From assembly GCF_004010195.1 (NCBI RefSeq), contig NW_025215373.1, forward strand, positions 1 to 44,004: 44,004 nucleotides of DNA, written 5' to 3'. The position numbers and the translations under genes were made by a program. Below the pieces are notes generated by a model, which worked only from the letters and a program-made list of their open reading frames with translations, searched no databases and was not told where the DNA came from. The DNA comes from Chiloscyllium plagiosum (lineage: Eukaryota). Numbering within the stretch: position 1 is the first letter of the stretch; each line of letters starts with the position of its first letter. This document shows positions 23,074 to 34,426 of this stretch, one piece after another.

Positions 23074-23665
23074 GGGCGGCACGGTGGCACAGTGGTTAGC
23101 ACTGCTGCCTCGCAGCGCCAGAGACCCGGGTTCAATTCCCACCTCAGGCGACTGGCTGTGTGGAGTTTGCACATTAGATTAGATTAGATTACTTTACAGT
23201 GTGGAAACAGGCCCTTCGGCCCAACAAGTCCACACCGCCCCGCCGAAGCGCAACCCACCCGTACCCCTAACACTGCGGGCAATTTAGCATGGCCAATTCA
23301 CCTGACCTGCACATCTTTGGATTGTGGGAGGAAACCGGAGCACCCAAAGGAAACCCACGCAGACACCGGGAGAACGTGCAAACTCCACACAGTCAGTCGC
23401 CCGAGGCGGGAATTGAACCCGGGTCTCCGCAGACACATTCTCCCTGTGTCTGCGTGGGTTTCCTCCGGGTGCTCCGGTTTCCTCCCACAGTCCAAAAAGA
23501 TGTGCAGGTCAGGTGAATTGGCCATGCTAAATTGCCCGTAGTGTTGGGTAGGGGGTAAATGTAGGGGTATGGGTGGGTTGCGCTTCGGCGGGTCGGTGTG
23601 GACTTGTTGGGCCGAAGGGCCTGTTTCCATACTGTAAGTAATCTCATCTAATCTAATCTAATCTA
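23074..23665 (+). mobile_element. Young HE1-type SINE interrupted by an antisense copy of itself
   Basis: Head 23074-23175, body and tail 23434-23665. CACATT duplicated at 23170-23175 and 23434-23439. Confidence 0.92.
23176..23433 (-). mobile_element. Nested 5'-truncated HE1-type SINE
   Basis: (TTAGA)n tail at about 23174-23190, followed by the reverse SINE body up to the B-box region. Confidence 0.92.
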
Positions 23666-24690
23666 GAGTCACAGAATCATAGAGATGTACAGCACAGAAG
23701 CAGATTCTTTGGTCCAACTTGACCGTAATAAATCTAGTCCCACCTGTCAGCACCCAGCCCATATCCCTCTGAACCCTTCCTATTCATATACCCATCCAAA
23801 CGCCCATTAAATGTTGCAATTGTACCAGCCTCCACCACTTCCTCTGGCAGCTCCTTCCATACATGTACCACCCTCTGTGTGAAAAAGATGCCCTTTAGGT
23901 CCCTTTATAAATCTTCCCCCTTTCACTCGAAACCTATGCCCTCTAGTTCCGGACTCCCCCACCCCAGGGAAAATACCTTATCTATTTACCCTTCCCATGC
24001 CCCTCATGATTTTATAAACCTCTATAAGGTCACCTCCAGCCTCCGACTTTCCAGGGAAAACAGCCCCAGCCTATTCAGCCTCTCCCTATAGCTCAAACCC
24101 TCCAACCCTGGCAACATCCTTGTAAATCTTTTCAAGTTTCAGGTTTCACAACATCATGCCGATAGGAAGGAGATCAGAATTGCAGATAATATTCCCAAAG
24201 TGGCCCGACCAGTGCTCTGTACAGCTGCAATGTGATCTCCCAACTCCTGTTCTCAATGCACTGACCAATAAAGGCAAGCATACCAAACGCCGCCTTCACT
24301 ATCCAACTGCCTGAAAATTAACTTTCAAGGAGCTCTTTGTTCAGCAACACTCCCTGGGACCTTCCCATTAAGTGTATAAGACCTGCTGTGATTTGCTTTC
24401 CCAAAATGCAGCACCTCAGCAACACTCCCCAGGACCTTACCATTAAGTGTATAAGTCCTGCTAAGATTTGCTATCCCAAAATGCAGCGCCTCGCATTTAT
24501 CTGAATTAAACTCCATCTGCCACTTCTCAGCCCTCCAGATCCTGTTGTAATATGAGGTAACCTTCTTCGCTTTCAATTTTGGAGTCATCTGCAAACTTAC
24601 TAACTGTACCTCCTGTGTTTGCATCCAAATCATTTATATAAAGGACAAAAAGCAGTGGACCCGGCACTGATCCTTGTGGCACTCCATCGG
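23666..24690 (-). mobile_element. Young CR1 3' kilobase with an internal 75-bp tandem duplication
   Basis: WAEKWQMEFN.DKCE.LHFG..N..RTYTLNGKVLGSVAE-like text, part of it repeated at 24342-24491. Confidence 0.92.
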
Positions 24691-25209
24691 CTAGGCTAGA
24701 TATTCTTTAAAATTTAGTTCTGGAAGAAAGTTTGTATTGACCTGAAAAATGAACAAAATCGATACAGCAATATAACAGTACTGGATGTTTGAAAGGCCAA
24801 CTGTACACACTTGAATCAGAACTTCAGCTGAAAGGTCTGGATACTTTCTGCACTTAGACAAAAATAATGTGAATTGATGTCCGTATCTTTGAATATTTAA
24901 AAAAAATCTTAATTGTAAACTTCCCTTTTCTCCCCTTTCCTCATATCCTTGTGTGTGTGCATATTGTAACAATGACCTCTATCCCAAGTCTGAATGTTGT
25001 GTTTTAATCCTAAATATTTTGTTCTGGGTCATTTTTCAATCGGTTTCACAAACAGAGAATTTTGAACTAATGGAATTAAACAGAACAGCCAGATCATAAT
25101 GTTAGTTCAGGCTTATTTTCATACAGACCACGTTTGTGGTTGTGGGGGACCTTTTGAGAGAAGATAATAAACATACAGTCACTGTAAACATCCTGGAGTG
25201 GGTCAAAAG

Positions 25210-25625
25210 CCTTTTTTAAAATCTTTCTCCTCTCACCTTAACAGTATGCCCTCCAGTTTTTAACTCCCCCACCCTAAGAAAAAGACCCTTGTCAGTCGCC
25301 TTACCTTTTCCCCTCATGATTGTAAAAACCTCAGTGAAATAGCCTCAGCCTTTCCAGTCTATTTTTATAACTCAAACCCTCCATACCCGGCAACATCTTG
25401 GTAAATCTTCTTTGAACCCTCTCCAGTTTAATAATCTCCTTCCTGTAATAGGACGACCAGAACTGGACATAGTATGACAGAAGAGGCCTCACTAATGTCC
25501 CGTACAACCTCAACATGATGTCCCAGCTCCTATTCTCAAAGATCTGAGCAATGAAGGCAAGTGTGCTGAATGCCTTCTTAATCATCCTGTCCACATATGG
25601 TGCAAACTTCAAAGAATTACGTACC
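25210..25625 (-). mobile_element. CR1 fragment
   Basis: LRLY.TLVRPLL.Y.VQFWS.YYRK.IIKLERVQRRFT.MLPGM.GLSY..RL. Confidence 0.9.
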
Positions 25626-26516
25626 TGCCCCCCCCCCCCAACATCGGTGAGTGTTTTGTAGGTGGAATTCTCTCCAGTGTCAATGTGGTTGGAGACCCTC
25701 ATCCACTTGGACAGGATGAGTGAGTGGGCAAACATAGCCCAATGCAGGATTAGTGTGGCGAGATAGGAAGTTCAACATTCTGGTGTGAAAAGGGGAGAGG
25801 GAGAGCGTTGTTGAAATGGTGATGTCTTGGGAAGTGTGGACATTCCAAGGGATCTTGCAGCCAGTCATAGCTGGGCAGAAAATATGAGCAGGAGCAGACC
25901 ATTGGGACCTTCGGGCCTGCTCTATTATGTCATGGCTGATCATCCAACTCAGTTCCTGCTTTCCCCTCATGTCTTTGATCCCATTAGCCCAAATGATATC
26001 CATCTCCTTCTTGAAAATCTAGTGCAAGAGGCAATGAGGAAGGCCAATGTTATATTGGCCTGGGCAGATGGTGAAATTTAAATTCACTCATTGGCTGCAG
26101 AGCTTTGTCACGTTACAGGAGGCCGAGTCATCGACTCCTTTTCTTGCGAACTGGTCTCCCTTTTCATGTGTCGAGTTGCGGTGACGTCCCAGCATCTCCA
26201 TGGAGACAGTGAAGGACTGTTTGGGCTATTCAGCACTGGAGTGTGGCCGGGGATCTCCCCTCAATCCAATCTGGAGATTGAATTGAATTGAATTGAATTG
26301 AATTTATTGTCCCGAAATATGTTCTGTACCCACCTTCATTGTGAACCTTCTGTCTGTCTCTCTGCGCTGGGCCCAACGAGGAAGTGGTAGCAATCAAACC
26401 GATTTTAAGGGAAGATGGTGGACGAGTGCTATTGTCAGTGGTCTTGTACTCATGATTATTAATGTTCTGGGGAGAGGGGTTTAAATCCCAGTCACCATGG
26501 CAGATGCTGAAGTTTG

Positions 26517-27019
26517 ACTTGAAAGAGATTCAGAAAAGATTTACAGCAATGTCATAGAATCATAGAGATGTACAGCACGGAAACAGACCCTTCGGTCCAA
26601 CTCGCCCATGCTGACCAGATATCCTAAATTAATCTAGTCCCCTTTGCCAGCACCCAGCCCATATCCCTCCAAACCCTTCCTATTCATATACCCATCCAAA
26701 TGCCTTTTAAATGTTGTCATTGTTCTAGCCTCCACCACATCCTCTGGCAGCTCATTCCATACATGCACCACCCTCTGTGTGAAAAAGTTGCCCCTTAGGC
26801 CTCTTTTATAGCTTTCCCCCCTCACCCTAAACCTATGCCCTCTAGTTCTGGACTCCCCGACCCCAGGGAAAATACTTTGTCTATTTACTCTATCCATGCC
26901 CCTCATGAGTTTATAAACCTCTATAAGATCACCCCTCAGCCTCTGTCACTCCAGGGAAAACAGCCCCAACCTACGCAGACTCCCACTGTAGCTGTTGCCA
27001 GGGTTGGAGGGTTTGAGCT
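26517..27019 (-). mobile_element. Young CR1 3' end, internally rearranged
   Basis: MRGMDRVN.QS.FPGVGESRTRGHRFRVRGE..LRGNFFTQRVV on the minus strand (26553-26992), flanked by two short plus-strand CR1 pieces. Confidence 0.9.
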
Positions 27020-27910
27020 GGGGTACAGCTCTGTTTGGTTAGGGACACAGCCGCACACGCCTATGGTCCTCGTGTTGATCAAACATCTGCAAGTTTCACA
27101 ACGGGAACGGCCAGCTTTATCTCCACAAAAACCATGCAGGAACGCAATCATCCCGATTCCCTCCCGGGCCTGTGGCAGGGAGCTGATGGGAACATTACTG
27201 GAGGTGACGTGAGAGTGGTTCACTTTGAAAAGGAAGGCTAAAAGGTTCACGGCTGAGGGTGGATTGGTGTGGGGGGGGTGGAGGGGGAGTTCCGGTGTTT
27301 GGAATCCAGAGGGTGGAAAGCTGGACTTGGAGGAGCTCTGAGTTCTCCAAGGGTTGAGAGTCTGGGGACTGGTGTTGAGGGAGAGCGCTCGAGTATTCCG
27401 AAATAACGGTGTTGTCCCAGAAGGCTCCCGGGAGTACAGGAGTGAGGGAGGGGTGTATGGGAAGATACACTCAGGACAGCATGAGTAGGGGTTTGGTGGA
27501 GTTGACAGTAATGGAGGTTAGTTCGGATTAGAATGCCAGTAAGATTCTCCTGAATGCATTATTGAGGCTTTGGGGAAATGCAGTGTTGTGGGATTGATTG
27601 TTGCTGATCCTGCTGCATGTTGGATTCCTCTGCCCAACATTGCTCAGTGTGTGGGCCACTGTGCTTGATAGCTCTCTCCTTGATTGGTGCCTGGGGTTTA
27701 GGATTGCTTTCTGTGAATCACGCAGCATTTACAAAGGACTCTGTGTAATCACCGAGGGAAGAGATTGTGGACTGAAACCACAGGGACCAACATTTCCCAA
27801 TGTCCCAGCTCTGTCTGTAGGTGTGTAACACGCTGTGTATGAGGAATCAAGGAACCTGTGACCATCTCAGCGCCTTCCTTCAAAAGCACCCTCTCACTAA
27901 AACATACAAG

Positions 27911-27997
27911 ATTCTGAGGAAGGGTCACTGCACCTGAAACGTTAACTCTGCTTCGTCTCTTCACAGATGCTGCCAGACCTGCTGAGATTCTCCAGCA
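27911..27997 (+). mobile_element. Penelope family C 3' stub starting at the hammerhead
   Basis: ttctgaggaagggtcactgcacctgaaacgttaactctg..cacagatgctgccagacctgctgag. Confidence 0.8.
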
Positions 27998-28690
27998 ATG
28001 AGGGGCATGGATAGAGTAAATGGCAAGGTCTTTTCTCTGGGATGGGGGAGTCCAGAACTAGAGGGCATAGGTTTAGGGTGAGAGGGGAAAGGTTTAAAAG
28101 GGACCTAAGGGGCAACTATTTCACACAGAGGGTGGTACGTGTATGGAATGAGCTGCCAGAGGAAGTGGTGGAGGCTGGTACAATTACAGCATGTAAAAGG
28201 CATCTGGATGGGTATATGAATAGGAAGGGTTTGGAGGGATATGGGCCGGGTGCTGGCAAATGGGACGAGATTAGGTTAGGATATCTGGTCTAGGGTCTGT
28301 TTCTGTGCTGTTTCTATAACTCTATTTCCTTTTCTGTCATAAAAGAGTTTCAGGGACTTGACAGGTGAGATGGTTGTCTCCCCCTGTGGGAGAGTCTAGG
28401 ACCAGAGGGCATCATCTCACAATAAGGAGTCACACATTTAAGATGGAGACAGGGAGGAATTTTTTCTCTCTGGGGAGTGAATCTGTGGAATCCTTTACCA
28501 CAGAGGGCTGTCAACGCTGGGTCATTGAGTCCATTCGAGGCCGAGAGAGATTGTTAATCAGGAAGGGAATCAAGGGTTATGGGGAAAAGGCAGGAAAGTG
28601 GAGTTGAGGATTATCAGATCAGCAATGATCTCATTGATTGGGGGAACAGACTCGATGGGCTGAATGGTCTATGTCTGCTCCAGTGTCTGA
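27998..28690 (+). mobile_element. Two tandem CR1 3' ends (27998-28320 young; 28340-28690 another subfamily)
   Basis: GESRTRGH.. CR1 C-terminus appears twice. Confidence 0.9.
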
Positions 28691-28934
28691 TGGCCCCTTG
28701 GGTAGCCTGAATATTGACCCAGTTGGTCACCATGGTGACAGTTACCACTCCCATCTGTCCCCCATTTCTGAAACTGCATAGTGCAGGTTATCACTAAATC
28801 GACGCTCAATAATACTCCACCTAGTCTTAGATACAGAGTAAAGCTCCCTCTACGCTGATTTAATCACCTAAGGGATTTTTGTTCCAATCAGTGAGCTTAG
28901 ACAGGTCTGTATCCTGGGGCTCCCCCACTTGCGA

Positions 28935-29220
28935 GGAGGCAATGGCCTAGTGGTATACTTGCTGGACTGTTAATCCAGAGACCCAGGTAATGTTCTGGGG
29001 ACCCAGATTCAAATACCATCATGGCCAACGGTCACATTGAATCCAACACAAAACTGGAATTAAGAGTTTAACAGCGGCTGTGAACATTGAGTACAAAAGC
29101 TAATGTCCTTTTAGGAAGGAAATCTGCCATCCTTATCTGTTCTGGTCTACATGTGACTCCAAACAGGCAGTTAGGGATGGGCAATAATTGCTGGCCTACC
29201 CCTCATCCCTGAATTCTGCC
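28935..29220 (+). mobile_element. tRNA-headed SINE-like repeat with the tail of the second LINE family
   Basis: A-box-like tggcctagtgg, B-box-like gattcaaatac, 3' ttagggatgggcaataattgctggcc. Confidence 0.7.
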
Positions 29221-29769
29221 CTCACCATTGACAAATAAAATTCGGGCTTTGTGGGAGAGGTATGATGGCTGAGGGTGGGGAGAGTGTTAGTGAGTGGGAG
29301 GGGTAGGGGTTTGGGGAAGCTGTGTATACTGTGGGGCCTCACTGTCAGGGAGTGACCTCTCTCAGGGTGAGGTGCAGTCTGTCCCTTTGATTCCCTGAGG
29401 TCTCCCCCCCCCGGCCGTGTGTCAGAGACCACCTTCCTCCCATGACCTAACCGAATCTCTGTGGTCAGTAGCTGACAGTGGAACCCAGGGGGAGACGGTG
29501 CCTGGGAGTTGTTTGCTGTGAGTCTCTGAAGTTGCCGTTTAAATGTTTTCTTTTCTCGATGGTAGGTGAAGCGATACTTCCTCATCGGAGGGGTAATGGA
29601 ATCCCTGCCCTCGGGCTGATTGGAATCACACTGTGTAACTGGGCTGACTCCACCCAGGAATGTTGCTGACACCACTCCGGCTTTCACAGAACTGCAGTGT
29701 TCAACTCCTGTCAGTAACCTCCAGTAACTTCCTCCTCTCACTCACTGTTACATTCTTAAATTCTCTCTT

Positions 29770-30127
29770 AAATGTCTGTCTGTGTCTTTGTCAATGTCTA
29801 TGTGCACTTCTCTATGTTTCTCTGTCTGCCACTGTCTGTGTGTGTGTGTGTGCCTGCGTGCACCTCTATGTATATTTCTCTGTCTCTGTCTGTATGTCTT
29901 TATCTCACTCTTCCCCTCTTTTTCTCTCACCCCGTGTGTATTTCTCTCTGCCTCTGTCTGTATGTCTGTGTGTGTGTGTGCCTCTTTATATGTTTCTTGG
30001 TCTCTGTATTTCTCTCTCTCTCTGTTTTTCTCTCTCGCTCTCACATCTCACTCTTTGTGTATATCCCTCTCTTTGCGTGTTTACAATGCTGCCTACTGAC
30101 CACACACACACACACACACACACACAC
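29770..30127. repeat. Degenerate (TG)/(TC) microsatellite ending in (CA)n
   Basis: Direct reading. Confidence 0.95.
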
Positions 30128-30759
30128 TGTATCAACTCCTTTCTCCCCCTAGTCAGTCTCTCTGCCGTTTCTAGCCTTGACTGCTCAAAAATGGTCAATT
30201 TCTGAGTTGCTTTGACATCCCCTGTCCTTGCTAAATCGTTGTGTTTGTTGTGAAATTTCAACTAATAATGACTCACTGAGGGTGTGTTTCATTAATCCAA
30301 TGAGACCCAAGTTGGGAAAAGCAGTCACTCTTTCCTCCCAGGCTGACCTCTGGAGTATTTCCTGATTTCAGTCACCTGACCATCATTGGTTGTCCCCCAG
30401 CACCCTCTGTACATCCCTTTACCTCCAAGCTTGGGGTCCCCTGGTTTGGTGTCAAATTTTCTCATGATGCATTCCCACAGTGTGAGGTGCTGTGTGGGAG
30501 TGCTAAAGGGTGCTGTGTAAATCCACAGTTGCTTGAAGAGCAGACTGAGAGTTATTAATGTCCTGGCCCTCTGTCACATCTCAGTTAGATGCTCATACCA
30601 CAGGAAGAACTATTAAGGCAACTTGGTCAGAGCAGGACGTTTTTAAAGAGTGTCTCTGAGCTGTGGAGAGTTTGAGAATGCCAGTTACTATGTGATTAAG
30701 TCTGGGTCCTGCCTGGGGACAGATTGGGAATAAGATGAGGAAAGCGCTGTCTCCAATAA

Positions 30760-31083
30760 AGTCAGGCTGTGGTCAGGGAGTTGTCTGTTCACCTCCAGCT
30801 CCAAAGTGCAAACTGTGTTTTACATCAGCTCTGGTGTCATTCAAGTTAGTTCCTCAAACAGCAGGAAGAATCTGAGTTCCTCTTTCGTAAACCTCCAAGA
30901 TAATTGTTATCTTGTGTTTATTAACCGTTGCTGGCTGTGGTAGAGACTTGTCGGATTCTGGCAGTAAAGGGAACACCGGGGAGAAGGGGGCTGCAGGCTG
31001 GATTTTCACCCTCAGTCTGTTGTCTGGAGTCTCTCTCTCTCTCTCCACTCGCCCCACTCCCCGCTGTGAGTCCTGTCTCAAAG
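30760..31083 (+). promoter_or_regulatory. Candidate internal promoter and non-coding first exon
   Basis: Unique DNA with CAGGAAG (30862), palindromic GATA pair CAAGATAA-TTG-TTATCTTG (30896-30914), TGTTTAT, AACCGTTG and TGTGGT (30936). Ends at a strong donor AAG|gtatgt after 31083. Confidence 0.4.
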
Positions 31084-31391
31084 GTATGTGTTTGCTCAAA
31101 GTCATTGCTTCAGAGTGCAGGCAGATCCACAGGATGGTCTCTCCCTGTGTGGGAGTGAGTGTGGGAGTGTGTGTGTGAGAGAATTACTGTTTGAGTGAGT
31201 GTGTGAGAACAAGTGTGTGAGAATGAGTGTGTGTGTGAGAGCGACTGTGTGTGAGAGCAAGTGTGGTTAAGTGTGAGCGCACAAGTGTGTGTGTGTGAGA
31301 GAAAACACGAGTGTATGTAGCTGTGAGAACACAAGCGTGTGTGTATCTGTGAGAACAGCCCCCTCTCTGTTGTCTGTCTGTGTGGTGTCAG

Positions 31392-31463
31392 GATTGTGGG
31401 GAAAATAGCTTTCACCTCCGGCATTGTCCAATTGGCTTGGATATACCTCCCGTATTGAGAAAG
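31392..31463 (+). other. Candidate 72-nt internal exon (only stop-free frame: DCGENSFHLRHCPIGLDIPPVLRK)
   Basis: Pyrimidine/GT-rich tract ccctctctgttgtctgtctgtgtggtgtcag| as acceptor and AAG|gtaacg as donor. Unique sequence between repeats. Confidence 0.45.
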
Positions 31464-31509
31464 GTAACGCCATGGTTATGTTGTGAGGCATGGGTCAGAC
31501 CTCACAGGT

Positions 31510-31650
31510 GCTGATGGAGATTAGGGTGATAGTTAGTTCAGTTGGCTGGATGGTTGGTTTGTGATGCAAAGTGACACCAACAGCAGGGGCTCAGTCCCTG
31601 CATTAACTGAGGTTCCATGAAGGACTCTCCCCTCACCTGACCTCAGGTAA
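31510..31650 (+). mobile_element. Degenerate tRNA-headed SINE-like repeat
   Basis: A-box-like tagttcagttgg and decayed B-box-like gggctcagtccc. Confidence 0.45.
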
Positions 31651-32049
31651 GAGAGGTTAGCCTTCTGAGACAATAGCGACTTCCCCTTGATATTAAATGC
31701 TGTTAATTGTTTATTAATTGTCAAAGAATTAGAGAAATCTACAGCACAGAAAGAGGCCCTTTGGCCCATTGAGTTTGTGCAACCCCGTTCTGTTCTAATT
31801 GGGTTTCATTGGGGACCACAAGCTGCCTTGACACATCATTCACTTGCGTTCCTATATATGGAGCAGATTATTAGGTTTGGAGGCACAAGGGTGTAATGCC
31901 TGTCTCTGTAAATAAAATCCGGTATTTGGTTAAAGGATCCAGTTCTCCCATCGCCTACCCCACCCCCACCCCACCATCAATCCCTTGGTAAGACAAATTG
32001 TCACATTGTACTTATCCAAACAACAGGCCTTTACCCACCCTGGCCTCAC

Positions 32050-32090
32050 CTTCTCTCTCTCTCTCTCTCTTTCTTTTCTTTCTCTCTGCC

Positions 32091-32139
<49 letters not shown>

Positions 32140-32228
32140 TCCATCTCTGTCTCTCTCTCTCTCTTCTTTCTCTCTGTCCCACACACCCTCTGTGTGTGTG
32201 TCTCTTGTCTCAAACACTCTCTCTGTAT
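32050..32228. repeat. (CT)n-rich microsatellite
   Basis: Direct reading. Confidence 0.95.
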
Positions 32229-32427
32229 GGAGGAGAAAGTGAGGACGGCAGATGCTGGAGATCGGAGCTGAAAATGTGTTGCTGGAAAAGCGCAGCAGGT
32301 CAGGCAGCATCCAGGGAACAGGAGAATCGACGTTTCGGGCATAAGCCCTGAAGAAGCCCGAAACGTCGATTCTCCTGTTCCCTGGATGGTGCCTGACCTG
32401 CTGCGCTTTTCCAGCAACACATTTTCA
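32229..32427. mobile_element. Palindromic Penelope mini-insertion (family A), both hammerheads broken at the centre
   Basis: 13-bp TSD ACTCTCTCTGTAT at 32216-32228 and 32428-32440. Confidence 0.93.
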
Positions 32428-32880
32428 ACTCTCTCTGTATACTTTACATATATACATTTATATCGCTCATGCGCTCTCTCTCTGTCTCAAATAATCTTTC
32501 TCTACACTTTATACGTCTTGCTCACTCACACTTCCGCTCTCTCACTCATTCTCTCTCTACCTCTGTTTAATATAAATGCTACCTCAACTCCTGTGGTGTA
32601 GATGTACAATTTACTTTTATTATCATTTATAGTAAGTTTGGGTTTTTGCTGTTTGCGTTGGTTGGTTTTCTGCACATCTGAAGTTGGTCACTAACATTTA
32701 AGTGCTTCTTTAGCTATAATCATCTTTTTGCAAATGGATTTTGAGGTGAGCTTTTGAGCGAGTAGGCTTGCAGGCAGCAGTAATGGAACAGAGTTGACTT
32801 TAGATTATTTACTTGACCAGGTCATGAAACAATGAGGCCTTAAGGTTCATTAGAGATTCCTGGAAGTTTTTCTTAATGAA

Positions 32881-33225
32881 ATGGATGGGATAAATAGACA
32901 AAGTCTCTCTTCTGGGATGGGGGAGTCCAGAACTAGAGGGCATAGGTTTAGGGTGAGAGGGGAAAGATATACAAGCGACCGATGGGGCAACGTTTTCACA
33001 CAGAGGGTGGTGCGTATATGGAATGAGCTGCCAGAGGAAGTGGTGGAGGCTGGTACAGTTGCAACATTTAAGAGGCATTTGGATGGGTATATGAATAGGA
33101 AGGGTTTGGAGGATATGGGCCGGGTGCTGGCAGGTGGGACTAGATTAGGTTGGCATATCTGGTCGGCATGGGCAGGTTGGACTGAAGGGTCTGTTTCTGT
33201 GTACATCTGTGATTCTATGACTCTA
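32881..33225 (+). mobile_element. Young CR1 3' end
   Basis: MD.INRQSL..GMGESRTRGHRFRVRGERY..; tail tgtgattctatgactct. Confidence 0.93.
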
Positions 33226-33838
33226 AATTAAGGGAAACGCTCACTGTTGAGAGAGGGTGGTTTTGTTTTGTTTTGAGTTTTGGCTAGTGCAGTGAATTCC
33301 TTAGAATTGGATAGCTTTGCAGACTGGTATCCTGAGAACGGACAGGTCTATCATGATGTAATAAAACAAAGAAAGGATATAGGGTGAACTAGGTTATCTT
33401 AGAATGAGGAGTTGGTGTTAACTCAGCCAGATGTGTTGGGATAAAACCTTGAAGAGAGAACTTTAAAGCAAAGAATGTTAAAGCTTAGAGATATAACAAC
33501 TCTAGGAAGATTAATCCCTGCTCTTCTAGCTTTTACATTAAACTCTCAAATGAGTTATTGAGTTAGATACAGGGAGTCTTGTGTCAATATGATATGAGTA
33601 GTGTTCTGGGGTTCTGTACTGGGGAGGTATGATTTCAGTAATGTCCAAAAACTATTGGGTTTTCCTTGCAATTTATAAGATACTGGCATCACACCTTTAC
33701 TGTGTATTTAAACATTTATAAGTAGATAGCTTTTCCTACTTTATCTTTAATCCTTTTTCTAACAAATTTGAGATTTCTTATTGAAGTGAGATCTGCAGCG
33801 TGTGCTGTTATGTTTCAGTAAGGGGCCACTGCATTGAA

Positions 33839-33923
33839 TTCTGGATTAGTGGTGCTGGAAAAGCACAGCAGTTCAGGTAGCACCCGAGGTGCAGGAAAAT
33901 CGACGATTCGGTCAAAAGTCTTC
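33839..33923 (-). mobile_element. Solo 85-bp Penelope mini-insertion truncated within the hammerhead
   Basis: 14-bp TSD GCCACTGCATTGAA at 33825-33838 and 33924-33937. Body matches 2246-2335. Confidence 0.88.
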
Positions 33924-34096
33924 GCCACTGCATTGAAACCAAAACTGAAACAAAGTAGGATTTATCAAGCCAGGGTCAGACTTGTCCACTATTAACATTA
34001 TCTGGGATCAGAGCAACATCCCAGAAGTTTTGCTAAGAATCTTCGAATTTAAAAAAAATCCAAAAAAGGAGCTTGGAGATTTTTCAGAATATTTAG

Positions 34097-34426
34097 ACTC
34101 ATAGAATCCCTACAGTGTGGAAGCAGGCCATTCTGCCCATCCTTACTCTGCAAAGAGCATGTCACCCTGACCCACTCCCCCATCCTAACTCTGCATTTCC
34201 CATGGCTGACTCACCTAACCTAAACATCCCTGAACACAACGGGCAATTTAGCATGGCCAATCCACCTTACCTGGCCATCTTTGAATTGTGGGAGGAGACT
34301 GGAGCAAACCCACGCAGACACGGGGAGAGCGTGCAAACTCCACACAGACAGTTACCTGAGGCTGGAATCGAACCCAGGTTCCCTGGCGCTGTGAGGCAGC
34401 AGTGCTAACCACTGAGCCACCGTGTC
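34097..34426 (-). mobile_element. HE1/V-SINE-type SINE
   Basis: Reverse acggtggctcagtggttagcactgctgcctcacagcgcc..ggttcgattcc. Confidence 0.9.

Larger units (their letters stand above)
32592..34018 (+). mobile_element. Possible solo LTR containing CR1 and PLE insertions
   Basis: AT-rich block starting TGTGG and ending gggatcagagcaACA. No clean TSD. Confidence 0.35.

Noticed and set aside
25183..25204. TGTAAACATCCTGGAGTGGGTC resembles miR-30-5p
   Set aside because: No complementary 3p arm downstream, so no precursor hairpin. The 3' half also diverges from the family.
26936..27250. Minus-strand RSRCETC text resembling a PLE Cys-rich linker
   Set aside because: No GIY-YIG motif follows and upstream similarity is too weak to call.
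29196..29741. 181-aa minus-strand ORF
   Set aside because: No recognisable domain, runs into a SINE tail, and has no convincing splice sites.
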